Positions 26,101 to 35,007 of a DNA stretch of 39,952 bases are shown here, in pieces. The stretch is from a virus. Its lineage: Duplodnaviria; Caudoviricetes. The first letter of the stretch is position 1; each line of letters begins with the position of its first letter. The notes beneath the pieces were generated by a model, which saw nothing but the letters and a program-made list of their open reading frames with translations, had not been told where the DNA came from and searched no databases. Position numbers and translations under genes: made by a program. The stretch is from the IMG/VR virus record IMGVR_UViG_3300020156_000056, positions 1 through 39,952 of that record; one strand, given 5' to 3'.

Positions 26101-26393
26101 AAACGTAACCTGCGCGGCGTTGCGAAATCATTGGGTGCATTGAGGTAGGCATACAGTTGCACATCGTTTGGCCCCTGCCTGTTGAACTGTAAAGAACCAG
26201 CCTGAAAGAACCAGCCTTCTGCATTACCAAACACCCCAGATGAAAGTCCCAAAGCGCCAAACGTCTTTGTCTTGTACCAAAACGTCACCGTGAATGCATC
26301 TGTTGGGAAGGTATAAGGAGCAACCACCTTATTAGTACTCGACCCTGAAAAGTCGAGGGATGTTCCAAAGTTTCGTACTAAAGATCGTGGCAT
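23199..26393 (-). CDS. LamG/concanavalin-A-like and carbohydrate-binding-module repeat protein (putative receptor-binding or decoration protein)
   Basis: Three LamG-like modules (FGTSL.F ... WxHxA ... F.G..DEV ... W.FDEG.G.T..D.SG..N.GTI.GA) and two CBM-like modules (NGDFE ... TTDWT.YT..FTT ... AWFDDITL). Confidence 0.85.
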   Translation of the reverse strand: MPRSLVRNFGTSLDFSGSSTNKVVAPYTFPTDAFTVTFWYKTKTFGALGLSSGVFGNAEGWFFQAGSLQFNRQGPNDVQLYAYLNAPNDFATPRRLRFRNFNHPNGDGRWHHRAYVIYVESGSAKCDEYEDGYKLGSTHTVDYTGDTNSPSGDLNIGISNSLNFNGLMDKVKIFNSRLTAADVLLDYTTSNPSVSPNSEWNFNEGAGSTVADSGVGANHGTITGAVFSNDTPSKLRKQVGNNLINNGDFEYAPPFTAPTTNANRWIDGTASGSTTNDLFGWAEFLTAGTSSCYIDNTVSHSGTSSLKLSTSATGSSIQTSNIRTTSPASEVFKYGIPATPNTSYTCTFWLKTNYVSGDSNDGAYLLITERNSTTGGTVVDQASTKVKTTTDWTKYTMVFTTASTTAYLNVRPLITGSNGAGTLIMDAWFDDITLTPTVNTQRQLVRDFGTSLKFDGVADKVQCMNAPSSALENNFVVATWFKATSISTGRHVMVGNPTFRISRNKDAIAFTTTGVKDYLSDVKIVPGVWYHYAVYFDGANDATFYINGVQVDYVTGTAPANTTVGQLAIGFNTGAEYFDGYIDEPMMWIPTNATNEIAALYYNGVVPNNLKFRYTFDEGTGTTTADVSGNGNTGTITTATFSNDVPSKPRFKVRDFGTSLTFNSSSNPIQVPDASSLRFGAAQNFTITAWIKPTGNTIRYFIRKGGGATLYALRVEGNNLFSALIGDGSVTTVTSTTKVNNNEWSHVAATFDRTGVVTLYLNGLAVKTGTISTVGNTDTSAVLTLGGYAGITEIFIGSLDEVMLFGRLLSQSEIKELYTSGTYTSTNLVGLWKLDEGAGTTANDTSGNANHGTITGATFSSDVPSKPRKKIDANLVFNGDFEYAPPFTATTNTSPRWIDGTATGSTTNDLFKWYFNKSGSGEARFDNSVSHSSTYSMKLSTTAPSSWIELKSDGAVAYNAAAGFLLQPNTAYTLTYWLKTNYVSGDSGGGANLFILYQKANGSASGSTSGTYIKTTTDWTQYTINFTTASDTYWGHVEPRIYGHTGSGTLIMDAWFDDITLLPS

Positions 26394-26401
26394 ATAAACT
26401 C

Positions 26402-26638
26402 CTAAGTTAGTGACTGAGCCGAATTAATCAATATAGAGGCATCGGCATTGGCTTTTGATTCGGCTTTCTTGCCTTCAATAAACGCTAAGACATGTGCTTT
26501 TAAAGCTTCTTCAAAAGAGTCTTTGCTATCTAAAGGCATATCTGACAATACAAACGTTTTTGTAAGGGTGTTGTAGGTAACTTGAACAGTAACGTCATTA
26601 TTCGCGTTGATGTTTGTTATGGTATAGCTTTTAGCCAT
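26402..26638 (-). CDS. Hypothetical structural-region protein
   Basis: 78 aa, AGGAGG RBS. Confidence 0.7.
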   Translation of the reverse strand: MAKSYTITNINANNDVTVQVTYNTLTKTFVLSDMPLDSKDSFEEALKAHVLAFIEGKKAESKANADASILINSAQSLT

Positions 26639-26647
26639 GCTACCTCC

Positions 26648-27049
26648 TTAGGGTATTGGTCGCCAGATAACAGTGATCTTAGTAGCAGCGCTTGTGATGA
26701 TCGTAAGACCAGTAGCGAAGGCAGCGTTAAAGACGTAGTTTGCTAGCGCGTTAGTCGTATCAAAGTCAGCTATTTTGGTGCCGCTCGCTGCCACGTTATC
26801 GTAAATAACGATGGTTCCGGTGGTTCCGCCAGTAACAATGATCCTATCTAATACGCCAGCGCCAGTACGGATAACCGTGGTTGTTGCGGTACTAATCGCA
26901 GTGTAGCTATGTCCGTATGGATAGGTCGTAATCCCATCATTGATAGGGTCAATTCTCGTTCCCTGTGACACGCTCGACGTATTCGTTACCGGATCAAACG
27001 TAGCGTTGGCAATCGACTGCTCCGAAAATGCGGTGGGTTGTCCAGCCAT
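26648..27049 (-). CDS. Putative virion structural protein
   Basis: 133 aa, beta-rich (G.GVL..I.V ... YDN ... F.TGLTI.T). AAGGAG RBS. Confidence 0.7.
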   Translation of the reverse strand: MAGQPTAFSEQSIANATFDPVTNTSSVSQGTRIDPINDGITTYPYGHSYTAISTATTTVIRTGAGVLDRIIVTGGTTGTIVIYDNVAASGTKIADFDTTNALANYVFNAAFATGLTIITSAATKITVIWRPIP

Positions 27050-27097
27050 ATAATCTCCTTAAATTACTTGGAGGGGGCATATTTCAGCCCCCTATAA

Positions 27098-27556
27098 TTA
27101 CTTTTTGCTCTTTTTTGTCTCGGTGTTAGATGGTTCGCTCTTGGCGTCGCTATCAGTTTTGCTTTGAGAATCAGCGGTTTCCATGTTGTATACACGGGTG
27201 CCGTCTTCTTCTTCGCGGGCAGGCTGAACAGCTACGTCGTTAGAGTTTTCAGCAAAATCTACAGCGGCTTCACGGGCGCGGGCGTCTTCTGCCTGGCGAT
27301 CATCAAGCTCTTTGATTTGCTCTTCACGAACGCGCTTGTCTCGCTTGTCGTTGAGTTCTTTGCTAACACGCGCATAAGCCAATTCGCTTACTTCGCGGCC
27401 GTCAGCATCTACTTTGCCCAGTTCCTTAATTTCATCTGCTGAAATTGAAACTTCGGCGGTGTTGGTGGCGTCTTGGGCGTCGTAAAACTTAAAGCTTGCG
27501 CCCTTGCCGTCTACAGTAACGTCGTACATGAAGTTACCTAGTCCAAATGTGGCCAT
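27098..27556 (-). CDS. Hypothetical protein
   Basis: 152 aa, AAGGAG RBS. Confidence 0.75.
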   Translation of the reverse strand: MATFGLGNFMYDVTVDGKGASFKFYDAQDATNTAEVSISADEIKELGKVDADGREVSELAYARVSKELNDKRDKRVREEQIKELDDRQAEDARAREAAVDFAENSNDVAVQPAREEEDGTRVYNMETADSQSKTDSDAKSEPSNTETKKSKK

Positions 27557-27565
27557 GTGTGCTCC

Positions 27566-27856
27566 TTACTGTGCTCCTGAACCCATGGCAAGCGTACCAG
27601 CGTTGCTAATGATTTCGTGGCGGACGTGGCGTTCTTCCAATTGCTTGGTGTATTCGTAGTCCATACGGGCAAGATCATCTGCCTGGCGCTTAGGAACGGT
27701 TACATTCTGTCCGGCTGGATAGGTGATACCGTTCACGGTGATGTCATGGGAAAGGTTCATTTTAGTTGTCTTTTCTGAAGGGTCGAGCTGTGGCGCTTGA
27801 GGTTGCGCCACAGGCTCGTTTGTCAGTGTTTGGTTTGGTTGTGTCGTGCGGGGCAT
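27566..27856 (-). CDS. Hypothetical protein downstream of the capsid gene
   Basis: 96 aa with a VNGITYPAG..V.VP motif. AAGGAG RBS. Confidence 0.75.
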   Translation of the reverse strand: MPRTTQPNQTLTNEPVAQPQAPQLDPSEKTTKMNLSHDITVNGITYPAGQNVTVPKRQADDLARMDYEYTKQLEERHVRHEIISNAGTLAMGSGAQ

Positions 27857-27894
27857 GGTTACTCCTTTAAGGGGTAGACCTAGCTACTAATCTC

Positions 27895-28797
27895 TTAGTA
27901 AGCTGAAGCACTCTCGATGCGTGTCATGAAGTTGTTGTTTGTGATAACAGCCTTCATGCCAAGCTTCCAACCCAAGGTCATTTTCTGATGCAATGGGTCA
28001 GATACGGAACCGGGACCTTCTTTGTACATCTCAAGGCTTTGCAAGTCGGTGACTGCAAAAGCGTCCTTACCGAACAAGTACGATGTGTGGACAGTCGTAG
28101 TTGATGCAATGGTAGGGATGTTGTTTGAGCGGACAACACGGACACCAGCAAACGTAGTAACTTCACCCTTGTAGAGTTCGTTTTTACCAGTTTGGCGGTA
28201 GACAGTGTTTAGGAAGGTGGTGTCACCCATCAAGTCCATTTCTACAGATGGGTCAACAACAAGTACGAAGTTACCATCATCGAAAGGAGTAGCACCGTTG
28301 TTGCGTAAGAGGGCAACAGCCTTGCGGACTTCTGAGAAGGTCAAGACTTCACCAGCGCCAAGATCAGTACGGGCAGCATTGGTGCCTTGGTAGACAACAG
28401 AAGTACCAGCTACAACAACAGCGTTGATGAGGCGGTCGTAGGAGCGGGCAGCCTGGGTACCTAAGAGTTCCGTAGCCTTTTGGACTACAGGATGCTTCAC
28501 GGTGAGCGTAGCTAGGTCTGTTAAGGTGATGTAAGCGCCAACCTGGTCAATCGTGGCGGTGATTGCCGTAGCAGCCAAAGCGGTGTCAGATGGTGGTGTA
28601 CCTTCTGTCAACGGAGTGGTTGTTGGGGTCAGGTCGGTGTATTGTGTGAACGAAATTGTCTTTGAGCTGTTGCTTGGCAGTTTTTCCTTGTAGGCAAACT
28701 GGTCAAGCACGGTCTTGTACGATGCCTGCTTCAACAGCTTCTTACTAAAATAAGTCTGTAGTTCAGCGGACAAAGTGGTCGTAGTCGTAGCGGCCAT
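27895..28797 (-). CDS. Major capsid protein (N4-gp56 family-like)
   Basis: Motifs LTEGTPP, QVGAYITLTD, YKGEV..FAGVR and DPLHQK..GWK. Follows the scaffold. Confidence 0.92.
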   Translation of the reverse strand: MAATTTTTLSAELQTYFSKKLLKQASYKTVLDQFAYKEKLPSNSSKTISFTQYTDLTPTTTPLTEGTPPSDTALAATAITATIDQVGAYITLTDLATLTVKHPVVQKATELLGTQAARSYDRLINAVVVAGTSVVYQGTNAARTDLGAGEVLTFSEVRKAVALLRNNGATPFDDGNFVLVVDPSVEMDLMGDTTFLNTVYRQTGKNELYKGEVTTFAGVRVVRSNNIPTIASTTTVHTSYLFGKDAFAVTDLQSLEMYKEGPGSVSDPLHQKMTLGWKLGMKAVITNNNFMTRIESASAY

Positions 28798-28815
28798 TTT
28801 AAATCCTTATTTAAA

Positions 28816-29601
28816 TCAGGTCAGTACGACATCCCCCAATCTTTCCTCCAAGTCTTCTAATGAGTCGCCTGTTGGTTTTGATGCACCCCCACCGGGGTTT
28901 TCTGTTCGGGATAACATAGCCATTGTTTCGGCTTGTCCCTGCTTAGAACCTTTTGATGCGCCTGTTTGGTAAATGCCGTACATCTTTTGGTAAAAGTCAT
29001 ACAGTGGAACTTCCGCGTTGATAACAATGCCGTTTTCGTCAGTTTGTAGTCTCGATGCAACCTTATAGGCTTCTTCGACATCTTTGGTGAAGTCGGGGTC
29101 ATAATCCTTACTGTTCTCATCAAAGACGGGAAAATCATGTAAGGCATTGACTGCATCGGCTTGCATTCCGGCGTTCAACTCGGCTACCTCGGCTCGTTGC
29201 TGGGAGTAAAGCATTTCATTTCTGAGTGCTTCAATCTTTGCTTCGGCTGGATCTAAACCTTCCTCAATAAATTGATCTTCGGTTTTCGGACCATAGCTTT
29301 GGTCGAGTTGTTTGGCGACTTGCTGGCGCGTTCTTTGTCGTTCCTGATAGGCGCGGCGGGCGATTTCCTTAGGGTCTTCCTGAGGTTTTTCGTCCGGCTT
29401 TTCTTCGGTCGATTCAGTATCTTTAGAATCTTCTTCAGTTTTAGCCTCACTATCTTTGGCCTCGTCGTTCGCCTTGTCTTCCTGGCTATCCGTCTCTGTT
29501 TGAGTATCTTCGGAATTAGCCTCTGTTGCCTGCTCGGACGGTTCGTCGATGAGGGAAATATCCGCTACATCGTCTTCTGTGACATTTGGATCATTGTCCA
29601 T
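28816..29601 (-). CDS. Capsid scaffolding protein
   Basis: Very acidic N-terminus and coiled coil, directly upstream of the capsid gene. Confidence 0.8.
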   Translation of the reverse strand: MDNDPNVTEDDVADISLIDEPSEQATEANSEDTQTETDSQEDKANDEAKDSEAKTEEDSKDTESTEEKPDEKPQEDPKEIARRAYQERQRTRQQVAKQLDQSYGPKTEDQFIEEGLDPAEAKIEALRNEMLYSQQRAEVAELNAGMQADAVNALHDFPVFDENSKDYDPDFTKDVEEAYKVASRLQTDENGIVINAEVPLYDFYQKMYGIYQTGASKGSKQGQAETMAMLSRTENPGGGASKPTGDSLEDLEERLGDVVLT

Positions 29602-29711
29602 ATGCTCTCCATTCTTCTGCTATTTAATAGGTGGCGACCCATGCAATTACGTTGCTAGCGAGTACCTGGAGGAAAGTACCAGTGAAGCCGTGTGCTGGCA
29701 CGGCCTCGCTG

Positions 29712-29963
29712 CTACCTTGCTTCGTCGATGAGCTTGTATTCTCCTCTCTCACGGATTAACATCTTGCCGGATGGAATAGGGACGCCTTGACGGGGGCATG
29801 AAGGACAGCTATCTATAATTTCGTAACCCTGTTGTATCCAGGTATGGCCTTGGAAATTGAGGCGCGGCGGATTAAAGACTTGCTGGGTCTGGGGGATGTT
29901 TTCTTCTGCGACTGGTTTAGCTTCGGGTGCGTATTTCATGTTTTGTCTTGGAACTCCTGCCAC
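29712..29963 (-). CDS. Hypothetical protein
   Basis: Co-oriented, CPSC motif. The true start may be ATG 29939. Confidence 0.6.
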   Translation of the reverse strand: MAGVPRQNMKYAPEAKPVAEENIPQTQQVFNPPRLNFQGHTWIQQGYEIIDSCPSCPRQGVPIPSGKMLIRERGEYKLIDEAR

Positions 29964-30265
29964 TTGTGGTACTCCTGCTCCAACAGTTGTTTAAGCAACT
30001 GATAGGCAAGAATCTGGGCTTCAACGTGCATGTTTCGGTCATATCCCACGCCATTAACCGTGGTAGTGGTAATCTGGATGTTGTCTATGGTGTCACAGGC
30101 TTTAATGCGGTTCTGGAACCATTCGGCTATTTCAGGTAATACCGGATAGCTGGCGGCCTTTTTGCCCTTTTCGGCCTGCTCGGCTTCCTGTTGCTCTATG
30201 GGCGGTTCTGGATAGTAGGTGTTATCGAATGACTCGCCGTCTCTCGGTAGTAAGTTGCCGTCCAT
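29936..30265 (-). CDS. Hypothetical protein following the portal
   Basis: 109 aa, overlaps the portal stop (TAATG). Confidence 0.75.
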   Translation of the reverse strand: MDGNLLPRDGESFDNTYYPEPPIEQQEAEQAEKGKKAASYPVLPEIAEWFQNRIKACDTIDNIQITTTTVNGVGYDRNMHVEAQILAYQLLKQLLEQEYHKWQEFQDKT

Positions 30266-32421
30266 TACTGGCCTCGCTTTGCTTGTAAGGTTTGTAATAT
30301 TTCTTCTTCAGGGACGCCTTGACGAAGCATGACAATAGCCTGCTCGGCGTCGTTTTCATCAAACCCGGATTGGAGTAAGGCGGTCACTATCTCCTGTTCG
30401 CCAGCTTCTAGCGGACCATCGGGGATAGGTTCTACTTCTTCGGGGGCTTCTTGCTCTGTAGTTTCTATAACAGGGGTCGGAGTTGAAGCATTATGCATAT
30501 CCAATGTCTGTTGGTGGGCAGTCTTTTCAACATCTAGCGCGGTCTTCGTGGCGGTGTGGTCTAAAGCTTGCTGCTTTTGGTCAAAAACTTGGTCTACCGG
30601 GAATGGAGATTGTGACTGTATGCCTAAGCCTTCGAGTATTTGCCTGCGAGCGTCTTCTGGAAGGTCGGCATACTTAATGTTCAAGCTTTCATGTAATGGC
30701 TTCTCTGGTGGTTTCTGGGCTTGCATAGCTTGGCCGACGGCTTCCTGAACCATTTGCATAATCATGTTGGGATCTGGTCCCTGGGGCTGATCTTGCTGCT
30801 CGCCGTTGAGGGTTGGGAAGATTTCTTCGGCGTTCTCTAGGCCAATCTCTTTTACGATGGCATTAAAGATTTTAGGTATGGCTTGTTGGATCTCAGGGTT
30901 TTGAACCTTCATAGCCAGTTCAAGCGCCTGGGATAGTTTCTCTACGTTTTCGCCGTCTTCTTTTACTTCACTCGATGAAGCATCTACTTCAAAGCGGAAC
31001 ACGACGTCGTTAATCTCTTTATATGGGATGGTAACCTTGCCGTTCTTAATGGTGAATTTCTTCTGGGCGGCTTGGTCGAGTTTCTTCATTTGGTCTTGTG
31101 TAAGTTCCAAGTCCTTATTAGTGGACATCTCACTAAACCAAATGTTTAAGGCTGTTTCGCACTCGTCACCAAACCACGTTTCAAATTGTTTCCTAAGGTA
31201 ATTATCTGAAACGCCTAGACGTGCTTCTTGTTGCTTCACTCCGGCCTGGGTCTTGGAGAATGAGGGATTGCCTGCTTCGGCACTGACGGGTTGCTGGGCT
31301 GAATTAAGTTGTAGTACTTGGGATTTTAAGAGTCCGTAGTTATTACCAAAGTTCTGTATTGCGGTATTGTTAGGAGTCCAAAAGTCTATTTTGTTGTTTG
31401 CGTTGGTACCCATGTCAATAAGGGCGTTTGGGCGCAATTTGATGCTTGAACGGTCTACATCTCCCCATACCATGGTTGGTGGTCCCATAAGTAAGGTTGA
31501 GATGAATTGGTACATCTGCATCTGTTGGTCGATGAGGTTCTGCACACCGCCAGAAAGTTCGACTTGTCCCCTACCTATCGGATTAGACAGGTCGATGTTG
31601 CAGTACATGAAGTCGATAGGCATAGCGCCGCGGGGGTCTTTGTTCTTCTTAGAGCGTAGAACCTTGCCGTCTTGTGTCTTAGGTGCAAATGAATAGAATG
31701 ATTCGTCTTTGCCCTTTTGGAAGGCGTGTATGACTTCATAGCCGCCAGTGTCACCGCCTTTTTCACGTTCGGCAGGTGTTTGGAGGTCAGCGTCTTTTGC
31801 GGAAGCTCCGGCTTCTATAAAGTCAGCTAATGCTTGTAAGTCCCATTCGCTCTTGTACTTCTTATTGGCTGCCTGGAATTTCTTTTCGCGGTCAATAATG
31901 GCTTTGAGGTCAGATTTTTGGTACCAGGCTCGCATAAACAGGATATTGGAGTCGGGTCCAAAGACTTTGCCGCGTTCAATAAGCAAGTCTTTTACATACG
32001 GGATAGCGAAGTCCATGTACATGTCGTCGCCGTCGCGGGTAAAGAATGTATAACTAGCGGAACTTCCATATGTGAGGGCTTTGGAGGTCATAGCCCACGA
32101 CTTTTGCAAGATGTTACCCATATGCTTCATACGGGGCAGGAGCTTGTCAGTCAGTACGAAGTTGGCTATCTGGGCGTATTCTGGGTAATCACCGCAATGA
32201 ACTAATCCAGTGGGTATCTGCTGGATAATTCGCTTTGGTTGTTCCTGAACTATCGAGGCTAACGTGCCATCCGTTACCTTCGGCAATTCAGGAGATATAT
32301 TAGGGCTTGGGCGGTTACGTGCTATACGGTCAAATTCCGCAATAGGTTCAAAGAACCTGCGCATGTAGCTGCGGCTTTCTTCAAACGCCGTGCGAACCGT
32401 ATCTTTTTCTAAGAAAGCCAA
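30265..32421 (-). CDS. Portal protein (podovirus/P22-like)
   Basis: 718 aa between terminase and scaffold, with GRGQVE and KTQAGV motifs and a Gln-rich C-terminus. TTG start. Confidence 0.82.
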   Translation of the reverse strand: MAFLEKDTVRTAFEESRSYMRRFFEPIAEFDRIARNRPSPNISPELPKVTDGTLASIVQEQPKRIIQQIPTGLVHCGDYPEYAQIANFVLTDKLLPRMKHMGNILQKSWAMTSKALTYGSSASYTFFTRDGDDMYMDFAIPYVKDLLIERGKVFGPDSNILFMRAWYQKSDLKAIIDREKKFQAANKKYKSEWDLQALADFIEAGASAKDADLQTPAEREKGGDTGGYEVIHAFQKGKDESFYSFAPKTQDGKVLRSKKNKDPRGAMPIDFMYCNIDLSNPIGRGQVELSGGVQNLIDQQMQMYQFISTLLMGPPTMVWGDVDRSSIKLRPNALIDMGTNANNKIDFWTPNNTAIQNFGNNYGLLKSQVLQLNSAQQPVSAEAGNPSFSKTQAGVKQQEARLGVSDNYLRKQFETWFGDECETALNIWFSEMSTNKDLELTQDQMKKLDQAAQKKFTIKNGKVTIPYKEINDVVFRFEVDASSSEVKEDGENVEKLSQALELAMKVQNPEIQQAIPKIFNAIVKEIGLENAEEIFPTLNGEQQDQPQGPDPNMIMQMVQEAVGQAMQAQKPPEKPLHESLNIKYADLPEDARRQILEGLGIQSQSPFPVDQVFDQKQQALDHTATKTALDVEKTAHQQTLDMHNASTPTPVIETTEQEAPEEVEPIPDGPLEAGEQEIVTALLQSGFDENDAEQAIVMLRQGVPEEEILQTLQAKRGQ

Positions 32422-32484
32422 GCTGTAACCCCTATCGTGCTTTTTACAGCTGCGATATGGGTGGTCGCTCGGCTTTTACATCGG

Positions 32485-32515
32485 TATTATATCATCTAAG
32501 AAAATGCAAGTGCAA
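32485..32515 (-). promoter_or_regulatory. Promoter upstream of the portal
   Basis: TTGCAC, 18 bp, TATAAT, with TG extended -10. Confidence 0.55.
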
Positions 32516-32517
32516 TT

Positions 32518-32793
32518 TTATTTATTTGACCACTCCATTACTACGAAATGTGGTTGGTTATTTTTCTCTACTATTCTGAAAACTGGTTCCTTAATAGTGC
32601 CTGTCCGGTAGGTATCCATAAACTTCAGAAATTCAGCGAGTATTTCCTTATCATTGGAGACTTGTTTGCGTTCTTCGTAAGAGACTTTCTGCTGTTGGGG
32701 TGTGTAATCATGTATTGCAACAGTACTGATCTCTGTTACACCGTCTTGGGTGACGGACATGGTTGCTTTGCCATAGCGGATATTAGGCAACAT
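32518..32793 (-). CDS. Hypothetical protein
   Basis: 91 aa, overlaps the upstream gene. Confidence 0.7.
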   Translation of the reverse strand: MLPNIRYGKATMSVTQDGVTEISTVAIHDYTPQQQKVSYEERKQVSNDKEILAEFLKFMDTYRTGTIKEPVFRIVEKNNQPHFVVMEWSNK

Positions 32794-33058
32794 AGTTATC
32801 GTGCATTTTCTTGAGCCGCATACAGGCTTTAACTAAACGTTTAATATCTGATTCTTCGAGCTTCCCATGGTAAAAACACGTAGACTTGAGGCCATATTCT
32901 TCGTCGGTTACAATCATGCGGTTGTCTTTGATTGTGAGTTTAAAATCAAAACCCATGCTGCGCCGGAGTGCTGCCCGTTGTAACGCGTCCATATCAAACT
33001 CTTTGGCCTGGTTAGCTTCGTTTTCATAAAACTGTCGTGCAAACTCTAAACTGTCCAT
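32783..33058 (-). CDS. Hypothetical protein
   Basis: 91 aa, overlaps the end of terL. Confidence 0.7.
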   Translation of the reverse strand: MDSLEFARQFYENEANQAKEFDMDALQRAALRRSMGFDFKLTIKDNRMIVTDEEYGLKSTCFYHGKLEESDIKRLVKACMRLKKMHDNYVA

Positions 33059-34221
33059 AAGCTTGCTGCGTTTCCTGTTGTGTACACTTTAGATTCCTGG
33101 CGGGGCTTAAGCGACTCCATGCCATAGCGGACTGCATCCATGGCGTGGTCAAAGCTGCCGTCTGGTGTATTAATGATTTTGCCGTCTCTATCTGTTTTCC
33201 ACAGGTAGTTGCGATACTCTTTAATGGTATTTAAACTTCGCTTCGTGACACTAATACGTTGGTTCTGTACATACTGGATACCTTGGTTAACACTGCCCTG
33301 TCCTTTTTGGGCGGGAAGCACATTGATTCCATAGCTCAGCAGTTCATCTATACTCTTAGGCTCGGCACTATCTGCTATTACTAAAGCCTTCGGAATGTTA
33401 TTGAGAATATCTGCAATTTGCTTGTTGCTAAGCCCTTTCTGAAAAGTTATTTCGTCTAGGATGTAGCCGCCGTTATAGTAGTAAATAGCCACGATGGCTG
33501 TAGGGTCTACCGAATACCCAAAGTCCAAACCATACCGCTCTAAACGTGCCTCGTGGGGTATATCATCTATGATTATCCAATCTGTATATATCTTGCCCTC
33601 TACTTCACCAAGTTGTCCGAGGCCGTAAACCTTCCACCAATTCTTATTCAGCTTGTGTGATTCAATTTCCGCGACAATGCCGGGGTCTAGGGCTTCATTA
33701 TCTTTGTAGGTGAGGGTAATAAAATCTAGATCTTCGCGTTTGCCTAACACTTCGGTATAAAACCAAAACTCATTGGTGGGGTTGTAATCTAGCCAGGCAT
33801 ATTCTTTGGTACGTACTAACATCTGATCCCATGTGTCATACGGTATGTTATTGCCTTCATTCACGAATAGCCGATCACGGCGAGGACCACGGACTTTGCT
33901 TGATTGGTCGGCGCTGAAGAACTCTATTTTGCTTCCAGTTTCGAACGTGTAAGTATAGTCCGTTTTGTTCCAGCTATTGTCTTTGTAATAATTGTGCGAC
34001 TGCATAATATTAAGGAAATCCCGTATTGCTCCACGTTTCAAGTGAGGGAATGATTCGCTTACGATGCTTGTCAGAGTCGGTTCGCTGTCTGATTGGGCGG
34101 CATCAATAAGGAGCTGCTCTATAGATATGGTTTTGCCAGCGCTTGTACCACCAGCTACCCCACGGATACGCTTTCTAAGCTTCGCTAGCTTCTTCGTCGC
34201 CGTTGTCAGTTGGTAAGACAC
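33046..34221 (-). CDS. terL: Terminase large subunit (PBSX family)
   Basis: Walker A GGTSAGKT, Walker B LFVNE, coupling motif DYNP, and nuclease residues in GLDFGY, ADSAEP and DHAMDAVRY. Confidence 0.96.
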   Translation of the reverse strand: MSYQLTTATKKLAKLRKRIRGVAGGTSAGKTISIEQLLIDAAQSDSEPTLTSIVSESFPHLKRGAIRDFLNIMQSHNYYKDNSWNKTDYTYTFETGSKIEFFSADQSSKVRGPRRDRLFVNEGNNIPYDTWDQMLVRTKEYAWLDYNPTNEFWFYTEVLGKREDLDFITLTYKDNEALDPGIVAEIESHKLNKNWWKVYGLGQLGEVEGKIYTDWIIIDDIPHEARLERYGLDFGYSVDPTAIVAIYYYNGGYILDEITFQKGLSNKQIADILNNIPKALVIADSAEPKSIDELLSYGINVLPAQKGQGSVNQGIQYVQNQRISVTKRSLNTIKEYRNYLWKTDRDGKIINTPDGSFDHAMDAVRYGMESLKPRQESKVYTTGNAASLWTV

Positions 34222-34579
34222 TCATGCCCCCGAGTATTGGTGTTGGTAATTGTTTGCCTTTGGTGGTGTGGTCAACCGATGACTGTTCTACGTACCCGTG
34301 CTTAGACAACAACATCTTTGACATCGGCGCGTTATATCTGCCCATCAAACCATTCTGAATAAGCTTTTCGGCTTGGGTAGCGCGAAGTTCGTCTAAGAAG
34401 TCAGCCCAGTCTGGATCTTCTTTTTCCCACTGGTAGACAGTATCGCGGTGAATTTTGATGTATAAAGCAAGGCCGTCAATTGTGGGTAATAAAGTATTGG
34501 CCGACATGTTTTCAGTATCGCGTAAATACTTTTCAGCTTCTTTGCGGATTTCGTCATTAAGCAACTTGTTTCGTCCCAT
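34175..34579 (-). CDS. terS: Terminase small subunit (P22 gp3-like DNA packaging protein)
   Basis: PTIDGLALYI.IHRDTVYQW HTH and GL.GRYNA..SK..LS.HGY motif, directly upstream of terL. Confidence 0.88.
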   Translation of the reverse strand: MGRNKLLNDEIRKEAEKYLRDTENMSANTLLPTIDGLALYIKIHRDTVYQWEKEDPDWADFLDELRATQAEKLIQNGLMGRYNAPMSKMLLSKHGYVEQSSVDHTTKGKQLPTPILGGMSVLPTDNGDEEASEA

Positions 34580-34689
34580 TACTTACGCTTCCTAACAATG
34601 GCGTATATTGCGCAAGCTACGAGGATACCAAGAACAAACCCCACTGAGAGTGTGGTTTTGAGCACGCCTGAAATGATTCCTGCAAACAT
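34579..34689 (-). CDS. Small membrane peptide (36 aa)
   Basis: MFAGIISGVLKTTLSVGFVLGILVACAIYAIVRKRK. TAATG coupling to terS. Confidence 0.55.
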   Translation of the reverse strand: MFAGIISGVLKTTLSVGFVLGILVACAIYAIVRKRK

Positions 34690-35007
34690 TATTTAACCCC
34701 TTAGTGAGGCATAGAGGGGGTGGGCACCGCTACACCTCACAAAAAGGTTAAAGCTTAGTCCCTAGCGAGACGCACCAACGGGAGGGCGTCCGCAATGAAT
34801 GAGAAGTGTAATATACACAGAGGTGCTAGACACAGCATAAGCTGCGGCTCACAAGAGACTAAGAGTATGTGCGTGTACTACACGACTTCATTGCTTGGAT
34901 ACTAACATATTTCGGGCTATTTTTCCAGGGCTTTGAATGGTTTGGTTTTGTATTCCATGTGATCTCCTTCCGGCAAATACTGCCAGAAGAAGCACGGAAG
35001 TCAAGAA

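Noticed and set aside
23199-26393. Diversity-generating retroelement target/template pair suggested by internal repeats
   Set aside because: There is no reverse transcriptase in the genome, both repeats are in-frame protein modules, and the differences are not adenine-specific.
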